A DNA stretch of 32,000 nucleotides from Longivirga aurantiaca (GCF_042660085.1 NZ_JBHSTI010000008.1:1-32000); one strand, 5' to 3'. Positions 1-9,275 are shown, counted from the first letter of the stretch. Translations and numbers: made by a program. Notes: generated by a model not told the origin, from the sequence alone.

Positions 1-1
1 G

Positions 2-136
2 CCGTTGACGCTGCTGCTGTTGAACCTGCTCAACTGGACGATCTTCTGGTACCGGCCGGAGATGTCGCTGTCGGGCGACCAGATCGCCGACCGGATGGTC
101 GACCTGTTCCTCAACGGCGCGGTCAAGCCCAGCTGA
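2..136 (+). CDS. C-terminal end of a probable TetR-family regulator (partial, truncated by window edge)
   Basis: Frame 2 reads ...PLTLLLLNLLNWTIFWYRPEMSLSGDQIADRMVDLFLNGAVKPS* with stop at 134-136; the NWT-FWYRP...DLFLNG pattern resembles C-termini of TetR/KstR2-like regulators. Confidence 0.55.
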   Translation, partial: PLTLLLLNLLNWTIFWYRPEMSLSGDQIADRMVDLFLNGAVKPS

Positions 137-142
137 TCGCCG

Positions 143-928
143 TCACGCCGTGCCGCCAGCGGACGCAAGTCCCCCGTCCACGGTCAAGACGACTCCGGTG
201 ACCCACGCCGCGTCGTCCGACACGAGGTAGGCCACGGCCGAGGCCACGTCGGACGGCGCGCCCAGCCTGCCCATCGGATAGTGGGCGGCCACGGCGTCCT
301 CCCTGTCCTCGTACAGGGCCCGGGCGAACTGCGTCTTGACCACCGCCGGGGCCACGGCGTTCACGCGGACCGTCGGCCCGAGCTCCGCTGCCAACGTGCG
401 GGTCAGGTGCGAGACCGCCGCCTTGCTGACGCCGTACATGCCGATCCCGGGCGATGGCGTGTCGCCGGTGACGGACGACAGGTTCAGGACGCACCCACCT
501 CGGGTCACGAGCCCCAGCGGGTGCCGCACCGAGTCCTGCACCCAGGCGAGCGTGCCGAGGACGTTGACCTCGAGGATCTTCCGGGCGGCTCCGAGGTCGA
601 CGTCGACGATCGGTCCGTAGGCCGGGTTGATCCCGGCGTTGTTGACGAGGATGTCGAGGCCGCCGAGCTCGTCGGCGACCCGTGCCAACACCTCTGCCCG
701 GTGCTCAGCGTCGTCCGCCTTGCCCGGGACGCAGATCGCAGTGCCCGCAGGCATCGTGCTGACGGCTTCCTCCAGCGGACCGGCCGACCGGGCGGTGATG
801 CACACACGAGCGCCCTCGGCCACGAGCCGTTGCGCGATAGCGAGGCCGATACCGCGGCTCGCGCCGGTCACGATCGCCGTGCGACCGTCGAGCCGGCCAC
901 GCGTGGTGACGGTGGTCGAGTCAGTCAC
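143..928 (-). CDS. SDR family oxidoreductase
   Basis: 261 aa; TGASRGIG cofactor motif, NNAG, YGVSKAA catalytic YxxxK, C-terminal VDGGL. Confidence 0.93.
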   Translation of the reverse strand: MTDSTTVTTRGRLDGRTAIVTGASRGIGLAIAQRLVAEGARVCITARSAGPLEEAVSTMPAGTAICVPGKADDAEHRAEVLARVADELGGLDILVNNAGINPAYGPIVDVDLGAARKILEVNVLGTLAWVQDSVRHPLGLVTRGGCVLNLSSVTGDTPSPGIGMYGVSKAAVSHLTRTLAAELGPTVRVNAVAPAVVKTQFARALYEDREDAVAAHYPMGRLGAPSDVASAVAYLVSDDAAWVTGVVLTVDGGLASAGGTA

Positions 929-2579
929 GTGGGTCCCTCAGCACGTTGCGGCGGATCTTGCCCGTCTGGGTCTTCGGGAGGTCCTCCACCAGGTGGACCT
1001 CCCGCGGGCACTTGTACGGAGCAATGCGCTCGCGGACGAAGGCACGGAGCTCGTCAGGGTCGGCCGAGCGACCAGGCTTGAGCGAGACGTAGGCGACGAC
1101 GGACTCGCCCTGGTAGTCGTCCGGTCTGCCCACCACGGCCGCCTCGTTCACCGAGGGGTGCTCGTACAGCGCGTCCTCGACCTCGCGGGGCCAGACCTTG
1201 TACCCCGAGACGTTGATCTGGTCCTTGAGCCGGTCGACGAGATAGATCCAGCCCTGCTCGTCCATGATCGCGCCGTCGCCCGTCCGCAGCCGTCCGCCGG
1301 GCATCGTCGCCTCGGTCGCCTCCGGCTTGCGCCAGTAGCCGGGGACGACCTGGGGGCCGGACAGCTCGAGCTCGCCCTGCTCGCCGTGGGCCACCGGGTG
1401 GCCGAACGGGTCCACGACGCGGGCGCGGAGGCCGGGCAGCGGCACGCCCACCGACAGGGTGCCGCTCGGCTGGTGGACGGGCGCCCGGCCCCGGAGCGGA
1501 ACGGCGATCGTGGCGGACGTGGTCTCCGTCATGCCGTACACGTTGTGGATGTACACGCCGAAGCGCTCCTGGAAGCGCTCGACAGTGCTGGGCGGGATCG
1601 GTGCGCCGCCGGAGTAGAGGGCGCGCACCGAGGCGAACTGCTCGGCACCGGCCTGCGGCAGGTTGTAGATCGCGTTGAACGCCGTGATCGAGCCGATCGT
1701 GAAAGTGACCTCGTGCTCGGCGAAGGCCTCGAGGACCACCTCGGGCTGGAACCGGTACGCGAGCACGAGCGGTGCCCCCGTCAGCAGGGCGATGGTGCAG
1801 TTGATCACCGCACCCGTGATGTGGAAGAGCGGGGCGATCGCGAGCACGACGTCGTCCGGTGTCAGGGCGAGCCACGAGGCATAGCTGCGGACGACCGCCA
1901 GAACGTTGCCGTGCGTGTTCATCGCGCCCTTGGCCGGGCCGGTGGTGCCCGAGGTGTACGCGAGGAGTGCCACGTCGTCGAGACCGACCTCCGGCTCCGC
2001 GGCCCGCCTGCCGGCGAACTCCTCGGACAGGGCCAGCAGATCGCCGTCGGGGGACACGGGACCGACGTCGAGGCTGCCGAAAGCCCTCAGGTCGTCGCGG
2101 GTCTGGCCGTGGCGGGGCGACGAGCTGAGGATCCAGAGCACGGTGCTTCCGGCCACCGTCGCCCGCGTCTCGTCCACAGCGTCGTCGCCGCAGACCATGC
2201 CGCACGCACCGGAGTCGTCGATGAGCTTGCGCAGCTCCTGACCCCGGTACATCGGGTTGAGCACCAAGGCGGTGGCGCCGAGCTTCCAGAGGGCGAGCAG
2301 CAGCAGCGGGTATGCCGGGACGTTCTGGAGGTAGACGCCGATCCGATCGCCGCGCTGCACACCTCGGCTCTGCAGGGCGGCGGCCAGGGCGTTCGAGCGG
2401 TCCTCGGCCTCCTGAGCCGTGATCACACCGTCGAAGTAGCGGACCGCGGGGGCCGTCGGCGCTGCGGCGACCCGTGCCCGCCACGCGTGCACCAGCGACG
2501 CGTCGGTGGTCGCGACGTCGGCCGCGACTCCTGGTGGGTACAGCGGGAGCCAGGGCCGATCGTCCTCGTCCTGCGGCAC
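921..2579 (-). CDS. AMP-binding acyl-CoA synthetase / fatty-acid-CoA ligase
   Basis: 552 aa; YTSGTTGPAKGAM P-loop-like motif, MTETT, GWIYLVDRLKDQINVSGYKVWPREVE, PKTQTGKI C-terminal motif. Overlaps the downstream SDR by 8 nt. Confidence 0.95.
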   Translation of the reverse strand: MPQDEDDRPWLPLYPPGVAADVATTDASLVHAWRARVAAAPTAPAVRYFDGVITAQEAEDRSNALAAALQSRGVQRGDRIGVYLQNVPAYPLLLLALWKLGATALVLNPMYRGQELRKLIDDSGACGMVCGDDAVDETRATVAGSTVLWILSSSPRHGQTRDDLRAFGSLDVGPVSPDGDLLALSEEFAGRRAAEPEVGLDDVALLAYTSGTTGPAKGAMNTHGNVLAVVRSYASWLALTPDDVVLAIAPLFHITGAVINCTIALLTGAPLVLAYRFQPEVVLEAFAEHEVTFTIGSITAFNAIYNLPQAGAEQFASVRALYSGGAPIPPSTVERFQERFGVYIHNVYGMTETTSATIAVPLRGRAPVHQPSGTLSVGVPLPGLRARVVDPFGHPVAHGEQGELELSGPQVVPGYWRKPEATEATMPGGRLRTGDGAIMDEQGWIYLVDRLKDQINVSGYKVWPREVEDALYEHPSVNEAAVVGRPDDYQGESVVAYVSLKPGRSADPDELRAFVRERIAPYKCPREVHLVEDLPKTQTGKIRRNVLRDPRD

Positions 2580-2677
2580 GCGGTCCTCCAGTTCTGGGTG
2601 CGGCGCCGAGTGTAGACCGGGCGCCCGACAGATTGCTACTGTCGGGCGACCGGCTCACCGCAGCGACGAGGGAGATC

Positions 2678-3415
2678 ATGGCGACGCTCACGTACGACTT
2701 CACGGGCAGGACAGTGATCGTGACCGGTGCGGCCCAGGGAATCGGCGCCGAGATGGCGGCCTTCTTCGCCCGGGCGGGCGCGGACGTCGTCGCGGTGGAC
2801 CTGGACGCGGAGCGTCTGGGCGACGTGGCTGCCCGGGCGGGGGCGCGCATGGTCGTCGGCGACGTCTCGGCGACCAGCACAGCGGACGCGGCCGTGACTG
2901 CCGCCCTCGAGGCGACCGGGCGCGTCGACGTGCTCGTGAACAACGCCGGCATCCTGCGTGACAACGTCGTCTGGAAGATCACCGACGACGACTGGGACCT
3001 CGTGCTCGGCGTCCATGCTGGCGGGACGTTCCGGATGACGCGCGCCTGCACGCCGGTCTTCCGCGCTCAGGGGTCGGGCCGCATCGTCAACGTGACCTCG
3101 TACACGGGACTGCACGGCAACGTCGGCCAGGCGAACTACGCCACCGCGAAGGCGGGGATCATCGGGTTCACCAAGACAGCGGCGAAGGAGCTCGCCCGGT
3201 TCGGGGTCACTGTCAACGCGATCAGCCCCAACGCGGCGACCCGGATGGTCGAGAGCATCCCCGAGGAGCGCCGACGGGAGATCGAGCTCCAGGCACCGCT
3301 CGGCAGATTCGGGGAGCCGAGCGAGATGTGCGCGGCGGTCGGGTTCCTCGCCTCCGACGAGGCGGCGTACATCACCGGGGTCGTCCTGCCCGTCGACGGC
3401 GGGCTGTCGATGTGA
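2678..3415 (+). CDS. SDR family oxidoreductase (FabG-like)
   Basis: ORF 2474..3415; ATG at 2678 (MATLTYDFTGRTVIVTGAAQGIG) is the plausible start. NNAGIL, S...YATAKAG, GVVLPVDGGLSM. Confidence 0.93.
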   Translation: MATLTYDFTGRTVIVTGAAQGIGAEMAAFFARAGADVVAVDLDAERLGDVAARAGARMVVGDVSATSTADAAVTAALEATGRVDVLVNNAGILRDNVVWKITDDDWDLVLGVHAGGTFRMTRACTPVFRAQGSGRIVNVTSYTGLHGNVGQANYATAKAGIIGFTKTAAKELARFGVTVNAISPNAATRMVESIPEERRREIELQAPLGRFGEPSEMCAAVGFLASDEAAYITGVVLPVDGGLSM

Positions 3416-3472
3416 ACGGCACTCCACCTGATGTGCGTCCCCGCAGCACCGACGAGATGAGCTGACGCGAGC

Positions 3473-4708
3473 ATGGATTTCTCCCTGAGCCCGAGAGCAC
3501 GCGAGCTGTCGGACTCGCTCTGGCGCTTCCTCGTCGACGACGTCCTGCCCGCCGAGGCGGAGTACGACGCCTACCGTGCGGCTGCCGGTCCCGACGACCA
3601 CTCGGTGCCCCCGGTGGTCGAAGCACTCAAGGGCGAAGCGCGAGCGCGCGGGCTCTGGAACCTCTTCCTCCCCGACGTTTCCGGCCTCAGCAACGTCGAG
3701 TACGCGTCGTTGGCGGAGATCACGGGTTGGTCCACCGAGATCTTCCCGGAGGCGGTGAACTGCGCAGCGCCGGACACGGGCAACATGGAGACGCTCCACC
3801 TGTTCGGCAGTGATCAGCAGAAGGCCGAGTGGCTCGAGCCGTTGCTCGAGGGCCGGATCCGGTCGTCGTTCGTCATGACCGAGCCGGGGGTCGCATCCTC
3901 CGACGCCACGAATATCGAGTGCCGGATCCGCAGGGACGGCGACGACTACGTGATCGACGGTCGGAAGTGGTGGGCGACGGGTGCCAACGACCCCCGCTGC
4001 CGCATCCTCATCGTGATGGGCAAGACCGACCCCGACGGACCCAAGCACCGGCAGCAGTCGATGGTGCTCGTGCCCGTCGACACTCCGGGCGTCGAGATCC
4101 TCCGGTCGCTGCCGGTGTTCGGCAGGCAGGACCAGCACGGCCACGCGGAGATCGTCCTCACCGAGGTCAGGGTTCCCGTGTCGAACCTGCTGGCCACCGA
4201 GGGCGACGGCTTCGCGATCGCGCAGGCACGGCTGGGGCCCGGGCGGATCCACCACTGCATGCGGGCGATCGGAGCCGCCGAGCGCGCGCTCGCCCTCATG
4301 GTCGAACGCGCTCGCACCCGCGTCGCCTTCGGTCGGCCGCTGGCCGACCAGGGGATGATCCACTCCGCCATCGCCGAATCGCGGGTCGAGATCGAGCAGG
4401 CGCGGCTCCTGACCCTCAAGGCCGCGTGGCTCATCGACAGGTACGGCAGCCAGGGAGCGGCCAACGAGATCGCCCAGATCAAGCTCGTCGCCCCTCGAGT
4501 GGCCACCCAGGTCATCGATCGGGCCATCCAGGTCCACGGCGGCATGGGGGTGAGCGACGACGTCCCGCTGGCGAAGTCCTACGGCTGGCACCGGGCCATG
4601 CGCATCTTCGACGGACCGGACGAGGTGCATGCGCGCTCCATCGCGCGCAGCGAACTCCGCAGGGAGTACTTCACGCCTCCGGAGTGGATGAGGCCGGATC
4701 CACGATGA
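3473..4708 (+). CDS. Acyl-CoA dehydrogenase family protein
   Basis: 411 aa; MTEPGVASSDATNIE, RIHHCMRAIGAAERAL, IQVHGGMGVSDD...RAMRIFDGPDEVH typical of ACADs. Confidence 0.95.
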   Translation: MDFSLSPRARELSDSLWRFLVDDVLPAEAEYDAYRAAAGPDDHSVPPVVEALKGEARARGLWNLFLPDVSGLSNVEYASLAEITGWSTEIFPEAVNCAAPDTGNMETLHLFGSDQQKAEWLEPLLEGRIRSSFVMTEPGVASSDATNIECRIRRDGDDYVIDGRKWWATGANDPRCRILIVMGKTDPDGPKHRQQSMVLVPVDTPGVEILRSLPVFGRQDQHGHAEIVLTEVRVPVSNLLATEGDGFAIAQARLGPGRIHHCMRAIGAAERALALMVERARTRVAFGRPLADQGMIHSAIAESRVEIEQARLLTLKAAWLIDRYGSQGAANEIAQIKLVAPRVATQVIDRAIQVHGGMGVSDDVPLAKSYGWHRAMRIFDGPDEVHARSIARSELRREYFTPPEWMRPDPR

Positions 4709-5466
4709 CCATCGTGCCCCCGTTGGTGGTCGTGGAGGCGGACGCCGGCGTCCTCACTCTGACCTTGAACCGTCCGCAGTCGTCCAACGCGCTCGATCCG
4801 TCGCTCGTGGCAGCCCTGGACATCGCGTTGGACGCCGCGTCGTCGGTCGATGTCGGGTGCGTCCTGCTGCGGGCCGCAGGCAAGCGATTCTGCGTGGGCG
4901 GCGACGTCACAGCCTTCGGCGCGGGGAGCGACGTCGCTGTCGTGGAGTCCCACGTCGTGCGCACCGCGGGCGTGGTGAGGCGCCTGCGTGAGCTCGAGGC
5001 TCCGCTGGTGGTGGCCGCCCAGGGAGCCGTTGCGGGCGCCGGGCTCGCTCTCGTGCTGGCCGCAGACGTCACGGTGGCTGGTCGATCGACGCGGTTCGTG
5101 CCGGCGTACAACGCCATCGGGCTCACTCCGGACGTCGGTGTGTCCTGGTTGCTGACCCGGGCGGTCGGGGAGCGTCGCGCGCTGCAGTACCTCGTGTCGG
5201 GCACGGAGCTCACGGCCGCCGAGGCATGCGACTGGGGGATCGTGTCGGAGGTCGTGGACGACGACAGTGTCGGCGGACACGCCGAGTCGATCTGTCGGCG
5301 GATCGCAGCGTCTGGGTTTGCCGCACGCGAGACGAAACGGCTGCTGCGCTCCGCGTCGACGGCGACGACGGACGACAGCGCCGGGGATGAGGCGGCCACC
5401 TTCGGTCGTGCCCTGTCGTCCGACCTCGCGCAGCGTCGCATCGCCGACTTCCTCGACCGACACTGA
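4705..5466 (+). CDS. Enoyl-CoA hydratase/isomerase family protein
   Basis: ATG at 4705 overlaps the upstream stop (ATGA). MTIVPPLVVVEADAGVLTLTLNRPQSSNALDPSLV, FCVGGDVTAFG, GAVAGAGLALVLAAD, IGLTPDVGVSWLL. Confidence 0.92.
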   Translation: MTIVPPLVVVEADAGVLTLTLNRPQSSNALDPSLVAALDIALDAASSVDVGCVLLRAAGKRFCVGGDVTAFGAGSDVAVVESHVVRTAGVVRRLRELEAPLVVAAQGAVAGAGLALVLAADVTVAGRSTRFVPAYNAIGLTPDVGVSWLLTRAVGERRALQYLVSGTELTAAEACDWGIVSEVVDDDSVGGHAESICRRIAASGFAARETKRLLRSASTATTDDSAGDEAATFGRALSSDLAQRRIADFLDRH

Positions 5467-5478
5467 GCTGGGAGCATC

Positions 5479-6255
5479 ATGGACCGGACTGTGGCGCTGG
5501 TAACCGGCGCCAACCGCGGCGTCGGTCGCGCGTTCGTCGAGGCTCTCCTGGACCGGGGCACGGTGAAGGTCTACGCCGCGGCCCGCGATCTCGATTCCCT
5601 CGGACCGGTGGTCGAGCTCGATCCCGGCCGTGTCGTACCGGTTCACCTCGACCTGCTCGACCCCGCGAGCATCAGCGAGGCCGCGGTAACGGCGTCGGAT
5701 GTCACCCTCCTCGTCAACAACGCGGGCATCCTGCGCTTCGGCGCGGGCCTCGAGATCGAACGTGACGAGGTCCTGGACCACTTCCTGACCAACACCATGG
5801 GCACGTACGACGTGATCCGCTCCTTCGTCCCGGCACTCGAGCGCAACGGCGGTGGACAGATCCTGGTCGTGATGTCGCTGCAGTCGCTCGGGGCGCGCCC
5901 GGGCGCCACCGGCTACTCCGTGTCGAAGGCCGCCCTGCACTCGCTCTGCCAGTCCCTTCGTCCCGCACTCCGGGAGCGCGGCATCGCCCTCTCGGGCGTG
6001 TACCCGGGGGCCATCGACACGGACATGCTCCGGGGTTTCGACATCCCCAAGACGTCGGCCCGCGACGTGGCCGAAGGTGCATTGCGCGGTCTGGACGAGG
6101 GACGGGCCGACATCTTCCCGGATGCGGACGGGCAGCTGCTCGGCGACATCTGGCGCACCGATCCGCTGCGGCTCGAGCGGCTCTTCACCGACACCGACGA
6201 ACTGCGCGAGTTCCTCACACAGGCGCGAGCCGACCGCGACGCGGCTCGCAGCTGA
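5479..6255 (+). CDS. SDR family oxidoreductase
   Basis: 258 aa; TGANRGVGRA, NNAGIL, GYSVSKAALHSL, GVYPGAIDTDML. Confidence 0.92.
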   Translation: MDRTVALVTGANRGVGRAFVEALLDRGTVKVYAAARDLDSLGPVVELDPGRVVPVHLDLLDPASISEAAVTASDVTLLVNNAGILRFGAGLEIERDEVLDHFLTNTMGTYDVIRSFVPALERNGGGQILVVMSLQSLGARPGATGYSVSKAALHSLCQSLRPALRERGIALSGVYPGAIDTDMLRGFDIPKTSARDVAEGALRGLDEGRADIFPDADGQLLGDIWRTDPLRLERLFTDTDELREFLTQARADRDAARS

Positions 6256-6258
6256 CCG

Positions 6259-7338
6259 TCAGACCTGACCCAACCGCAGGGCGTCGGCCAGATCGTCGAT
6301 GTCCTCGTCGGAGTCCGGGCGGATGGAGAAGCACACCTCGGCTACGCCGGCAGCCTCGAGGTCGGCCATGCGGGCCCGGAGTCCTTCCGCTGTCCAGATG
6401 CAGCTGCCGCTCGCGAGCAGCTCCGGCGTGATGAGGTGGGCCTCCTCGGGCCGCACGTAGAGGCAGTGGCCCTCCTGCAGGTCCAGCACCGGGTTGGCGG
6501 AGCCCTGCATCGACTCGAGGATCGGCCGGTAGCCCTCGACGGCTGCACGCATCGCGGGGCCGAGGAAGTCGGGCACCCCCTTGCCGAGGAGGTAGGCCTC
6601 GTCCGCCCAGTAGTGGACCTCGGACATCGCCATCTGCCCGGCGATCGCCCGGATACGGGGTGAGTCCAGCTCCTCGCCCTCGCGGAGCGTTCCGCCATGG
6701 GCCACGAAGTACGTCGCCCGCAGCTCCTCGGGCGCGCGACCGGCGTCGCTCCACGCCTGCTTCATGGCGGTGAGCGAGTCGGGCACCCCGCCGGGTCCCG
6801 GAGGCAGGATGTCGGCCCATCCCACGCCCAGCTCGGCAGTCAGCGCTCGGATGCGCGGTCCGGCGGCAGCGATGCTGATCGCCACAGGGTCAGCCGTGTT
6901 GAGGACCCGGCCGGGATGCAGCAGCCGCACGGTCGACGTTCGGCCCTCGGCCACGACCTGCGCGTCGTCGCCCCGCAGCAGCGCCCGCACCGCGGTCATG
7001 TGCCGGGCGAAGTCTTCGAGCCTCTGAGGCGTCAGACCGTAGCTGCGCCGTGCAGTTCGGCCCGTGCCCGCCGTCAGCTCGAGCCTGCCGGGCGCGAGAG
7101 CGTTCAGCGAGGCGAAGGCGCATGCTGTGACCGCAGGGTCGCGGGTCCAGGGCACGTAGACCCCGGTGCCGATCCGGATGCGCTGCGTACTCACCGCTGC
7201 CGCTGCGGCGTTGACGATGACATCGCCCGCGACCAGCGGCGAGTCCCAGAAGCGGATGCTGGAGAACCCGCGCTGCTCGGCGCGCAGTGCACGTGCCGCC
7301 CCGTCGGCGTTTCCTGCAACGGTGATGCCGTACTGCAT
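6259..7338 (-). CDS. LLM class (luciferase-like, possibly F420-dependent) flavin oxidoreductase
   Basis: 359 aa; MQYGITVAGN...GFSSIRFWDSP...TQRIRIGTGVYVPWTRDPAVTACAFASLNALAPGRLELTAGTG resembles bacterial-luciferase-like/F420 oxidoreductases. Confidence 0.85.
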   Translation of the reverse strand: MQYGITVAGNADGAARALRAEQRGFSSIRFWDSPLVAGDVIVNAAAAAVSTQRIRIGTGVYVPWTRDPAVTACAFASLNALAPGRLELTAGTGRTARRSYGLTPQRLEDFARHMTAVRALLRGDDAQVVAEGRTSTVRLLHPGRVLNTADPVAISIAAAGPRIRALTAELGVGWADILPPGPGGVPDSLTAMKQAWSDAGRAPEELRATYFVAHGGTLREGEELDSPRIRAIAGQMAMSEVHYWADEAYLLGKGVPDFLGPAMRAAVEGYRPILESMQGSANPVLDLQEGHCLYVRPEEAHLITPELLASGSCIWTAEGLRARMADLEAAGVAEVCFSIRPDSDEDIDDLADALRLGQV

Positions 7339-7412
7339 CGGACCTCCTCGGCCCAGGCTGCGGGCACGTGCCGAGGGTAGACTGTCAACCGGGCGGCCGA
7401 TAGATTTTCGCC

Positions 7413-8192
7413 ATGGATCTCCTGGGCATCACCGCGCTCGTGACCGGCTCCAACCGCGGCGTGGGGAAAGCCCTCGTCGAAGCCCTACTGGAGCGCGGGG
7501 CCTCCCGCGTCTACGCGACGGCGCGCGACGTCGGGGCAGTGGAGTCGCTCGTCGCACTAGCCCCCGAGCGTGTGGTGCCGCTGCATCTGGATCTGCTGGA
7601 CCTGGCCTCCATCGCGACGGCGGCAGACACTGCCAGCGACGTCACGCTCCTGGTCAACAACGGGGCGATCCTCGAGTTCGGCGCTGGTCTCGAGTGCGAG
7701 CGCGACAACATCCTGCGCCACCTCATGACCAACACGATGGGCAGCTTCGACGTCATTCGCGCGTTCGCGCCGGTGCTCCAACGCAACGGAGGCGGCCGGA
7801 TCGTCACGATCATGTCGCTGCAGTCGTACGCGGGGTCGAGCGGCCTGGATGGCTACTCCGCGTCGAAGGCGGCGCTGCACTCGCTGTCGCAGTCCTTGCG
7901 TCCGGTGCTCGAGGCTCAGGGCGTGACGATCAGCGGGGTGTACCCGGGAGGAATCGACACCGACATGCTCAAGGGGCTGGACGCGCCGAAGTCCTCTCCC
8001 CGGACAGTCGCAGAAGGCACGCTCGACGGAATCGAGCGCGACGAGCAGGACATCTTCCCGGACCCGGTCGCACGCCTTCTTGCCGAGATCTGGTTCGCCG
8101 ATCCGAAGCGCTACGAGGAGTTGTTCGCCAAGACCCCGGATCTCGTGGCAGTGCTCGACGCGGCGCGCGCCGACGGCCGTCTGGCGATGTGA
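7413..8192 (+). CDS. SDR family oxidoreductase (paralogue of 5479..6255)
   Basis: 259 aa; TGSNRGVGKA, GYSASKAALHSLSQSLRP, SGVYPGGIDTDMLKG; long shared blocks with 5479..6255. Confidence 0.92.
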   Translation: MDLLGITALVTGSNRGVGKALVEALLERGASRVYATARDVGAVESLVALAPERVVPLHLDLLDLASIATAADTASDVTLLVNNGAILEFGAGLECERDNILRHLMTNTMGSFDVIRAFAPVLQRNGGGRIVTIMSLQSYAGSSGLDGYSASKAALHSLSQSLRPVLEAQGVTISGVYPGGIDTDMLKGLDAPKSSPRTVAEGTLDGIERDEQDIFPDPVARLLAEIWFADPKRYEELFAKTPDLVAVLDAARADGRLAM

Positions 8193-8195
8193 GCG

Positions 8196-8720
8196 GTGCC
8201 GACGGCTTCGGGCGATGCCGCCTCCCGGCTCGACGCCCTGGAGGCGCGGCTGCGCCTGCTCGAGGACGAGCGCGCGATCCGCGACCTGCTCTCGACCTAC
8301 AGCAGCCACGCTGACGCGATGCGCGACGACGACTGGCTGGCGCTGTGGTCGCAGGACGGGGCCATCGAGGTGGCGATGGGGGAGGGGTCGGCTCTGCTCG
8401 CCCGACCCGGCAGGTGGAGCGGCCCCGAGGGGCTCCGTGCCTTCATCACCAACCCTGATGGGCATCAGCGACCAGGGTTCTACGGGCGAAGCATGCACAT
8501 GCACGGCAACAACTCGATCGTCGTCGTCGACGGCGACGACGCGCGGGCGACGACGTACTCGTTGCTGCTGCAGAGGATCGGTGACCAGACGGTCGTGGTC
8601 GGGGCGGGCGTCAGCGCGTGGCGCTTCCGACGCGAGGAGGGGTCGTGGGTGGTCGTCGAACGCCGACGGAGCGAGGTCGGCGCCGCCGAGACGGCCGAGC
8701 TCCTCGGCACGACTCGCTAG
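8196..8720 (+). CDS. SnoaL-like / nuclear transport factor 2 (NTF2) fold protein
   Basis: GTG start at 8196; MPTASGDAASRLDALEARLRLLEDERAIRDLLSTYSSHADAMRDDDWLALWSQDGAIEV matches the N-terminal pattern of SnoaL_4-like proteins. Starts 3 nt after the upstream SDR stop. Confidence 0.8.
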   Translation: MPTASGDAASRLDALEARLRLLEDERAIRDLLSTYSSHADAMRDDDWLALWSQDGAIEVAMGEGSALLARPGRWSGPEGLRAFITNPDGHQRPGFYGRSMHMHGNNSIVVVDGDDARATTYSLLLQRIGDQTVVVGAGVSAWRFRREEGSWVVVERRRSEVGAAETAELLGTTR

Positions 8721-8877
8721 CGCAAGGATCCGCCCGGCACTCCTGCGAACCGTGCCTCGGTCACATCGAGCGGGTGCGGGATGCCCGGGTCATGTTTCCC
8801 TGTCGAGCCTTGGAGGTGGTGCGGTTGCATCGGCTGGAGGTCGATGTTGAGCAAGGCTCAGAAGGCCAAGCGAGTGG

Positions 8878-8898
8878 CGTGGGCTAAACGTGGGCTAA
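8878..8898 (+). repeat. Two 10-nt direct repeats (cgtgggctaa a cgtgggctaa) with 11-nt period; possible integrase arm-type sites
   Basis: Direct reading: 8878-8887 and 8889-8898 are identical decamers. Confidence 0.6.
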
Positions 8899-8990
8899 GC
8901 AACGGCGAATCGGAGTGAAGCGGAGTGTCTAAAGGTTCTTCGGGTGAGATTGGCGAAGCCCCATATCCCGTGCAACGAGCGGGATTTCCG

Positions 8991-9035
8991 TGGAGCGGGT
9001 GACGGGAATCGAACCCGCACTGTCAGCTTGGGAAG
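8991..9035 (-). tRNA. Truncated 3' half of tRNA-Gly(CCC), from the anticodon loop to CCA; probable att-site remnant
   Basis: Reverse complement CTTCCCAAGCTGACAGTGCGGGTTCGATTCCCGTCACCCGCTCCA: anticodon loop UUCCCAA, T-loop UUCGAUU with GCGGG..CCCGU arm, CCA end. The required 5' anticodon stem, D arm and 5' acceptor strand are absent to the right of 9035. Confidence 0.85.
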
Positions 9036-9275
9036 TTGCCCAAGTGCACGAATCGGACAGGTTCTCCTGGGGTTGCGTTCGACGTGAGGGCTGTGCACGT
9101 TCGGGGGCCAAAGGCGAATACCTCTTGAGGGGCGGTGTCGGACGGGGATGGCACCATCGCTTCATCGGATGCCTTGGGCGACCGAACTTTGACGGTCGTC
9201 GGCCGAAGCAAGACGAGTGTTGCGTGACTGGTCCACCAGTCGTCGGCTGGCTCTGGACTTGAGTGGGGAAGGGCG

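Noticed and set aside
627-2615. 662-aa ORF on + strand
   Set aside because: Antisense shadow of the acyl-CoA ligase (921..2579 -); no domain, Arg/Ala/Val-biased composition from high GC.
2636-4630. 664-aa ORF on - strand
   Set aside because: Antisense to the SDR and the acyl-CoA dehydrogenase, which have clear family motifs.
3829-5466. 545-aa ORF on + strand starting inside the acyl-CoA dehydrogenase
   Set aside because: Only the part from ATG 4705 is real (enoyl-CoA hydratase); the upstream part is frame-shifted noise.
8990-9262. ORF MERVTGIEPALSAWEVAQVHESD... (+)
   Set aside because: The ERVTGIEPALSAWE start is the well-known spurious antisense translation of a tRNA-Gly 3' half; it is the tRNA fragment, not a gene start.
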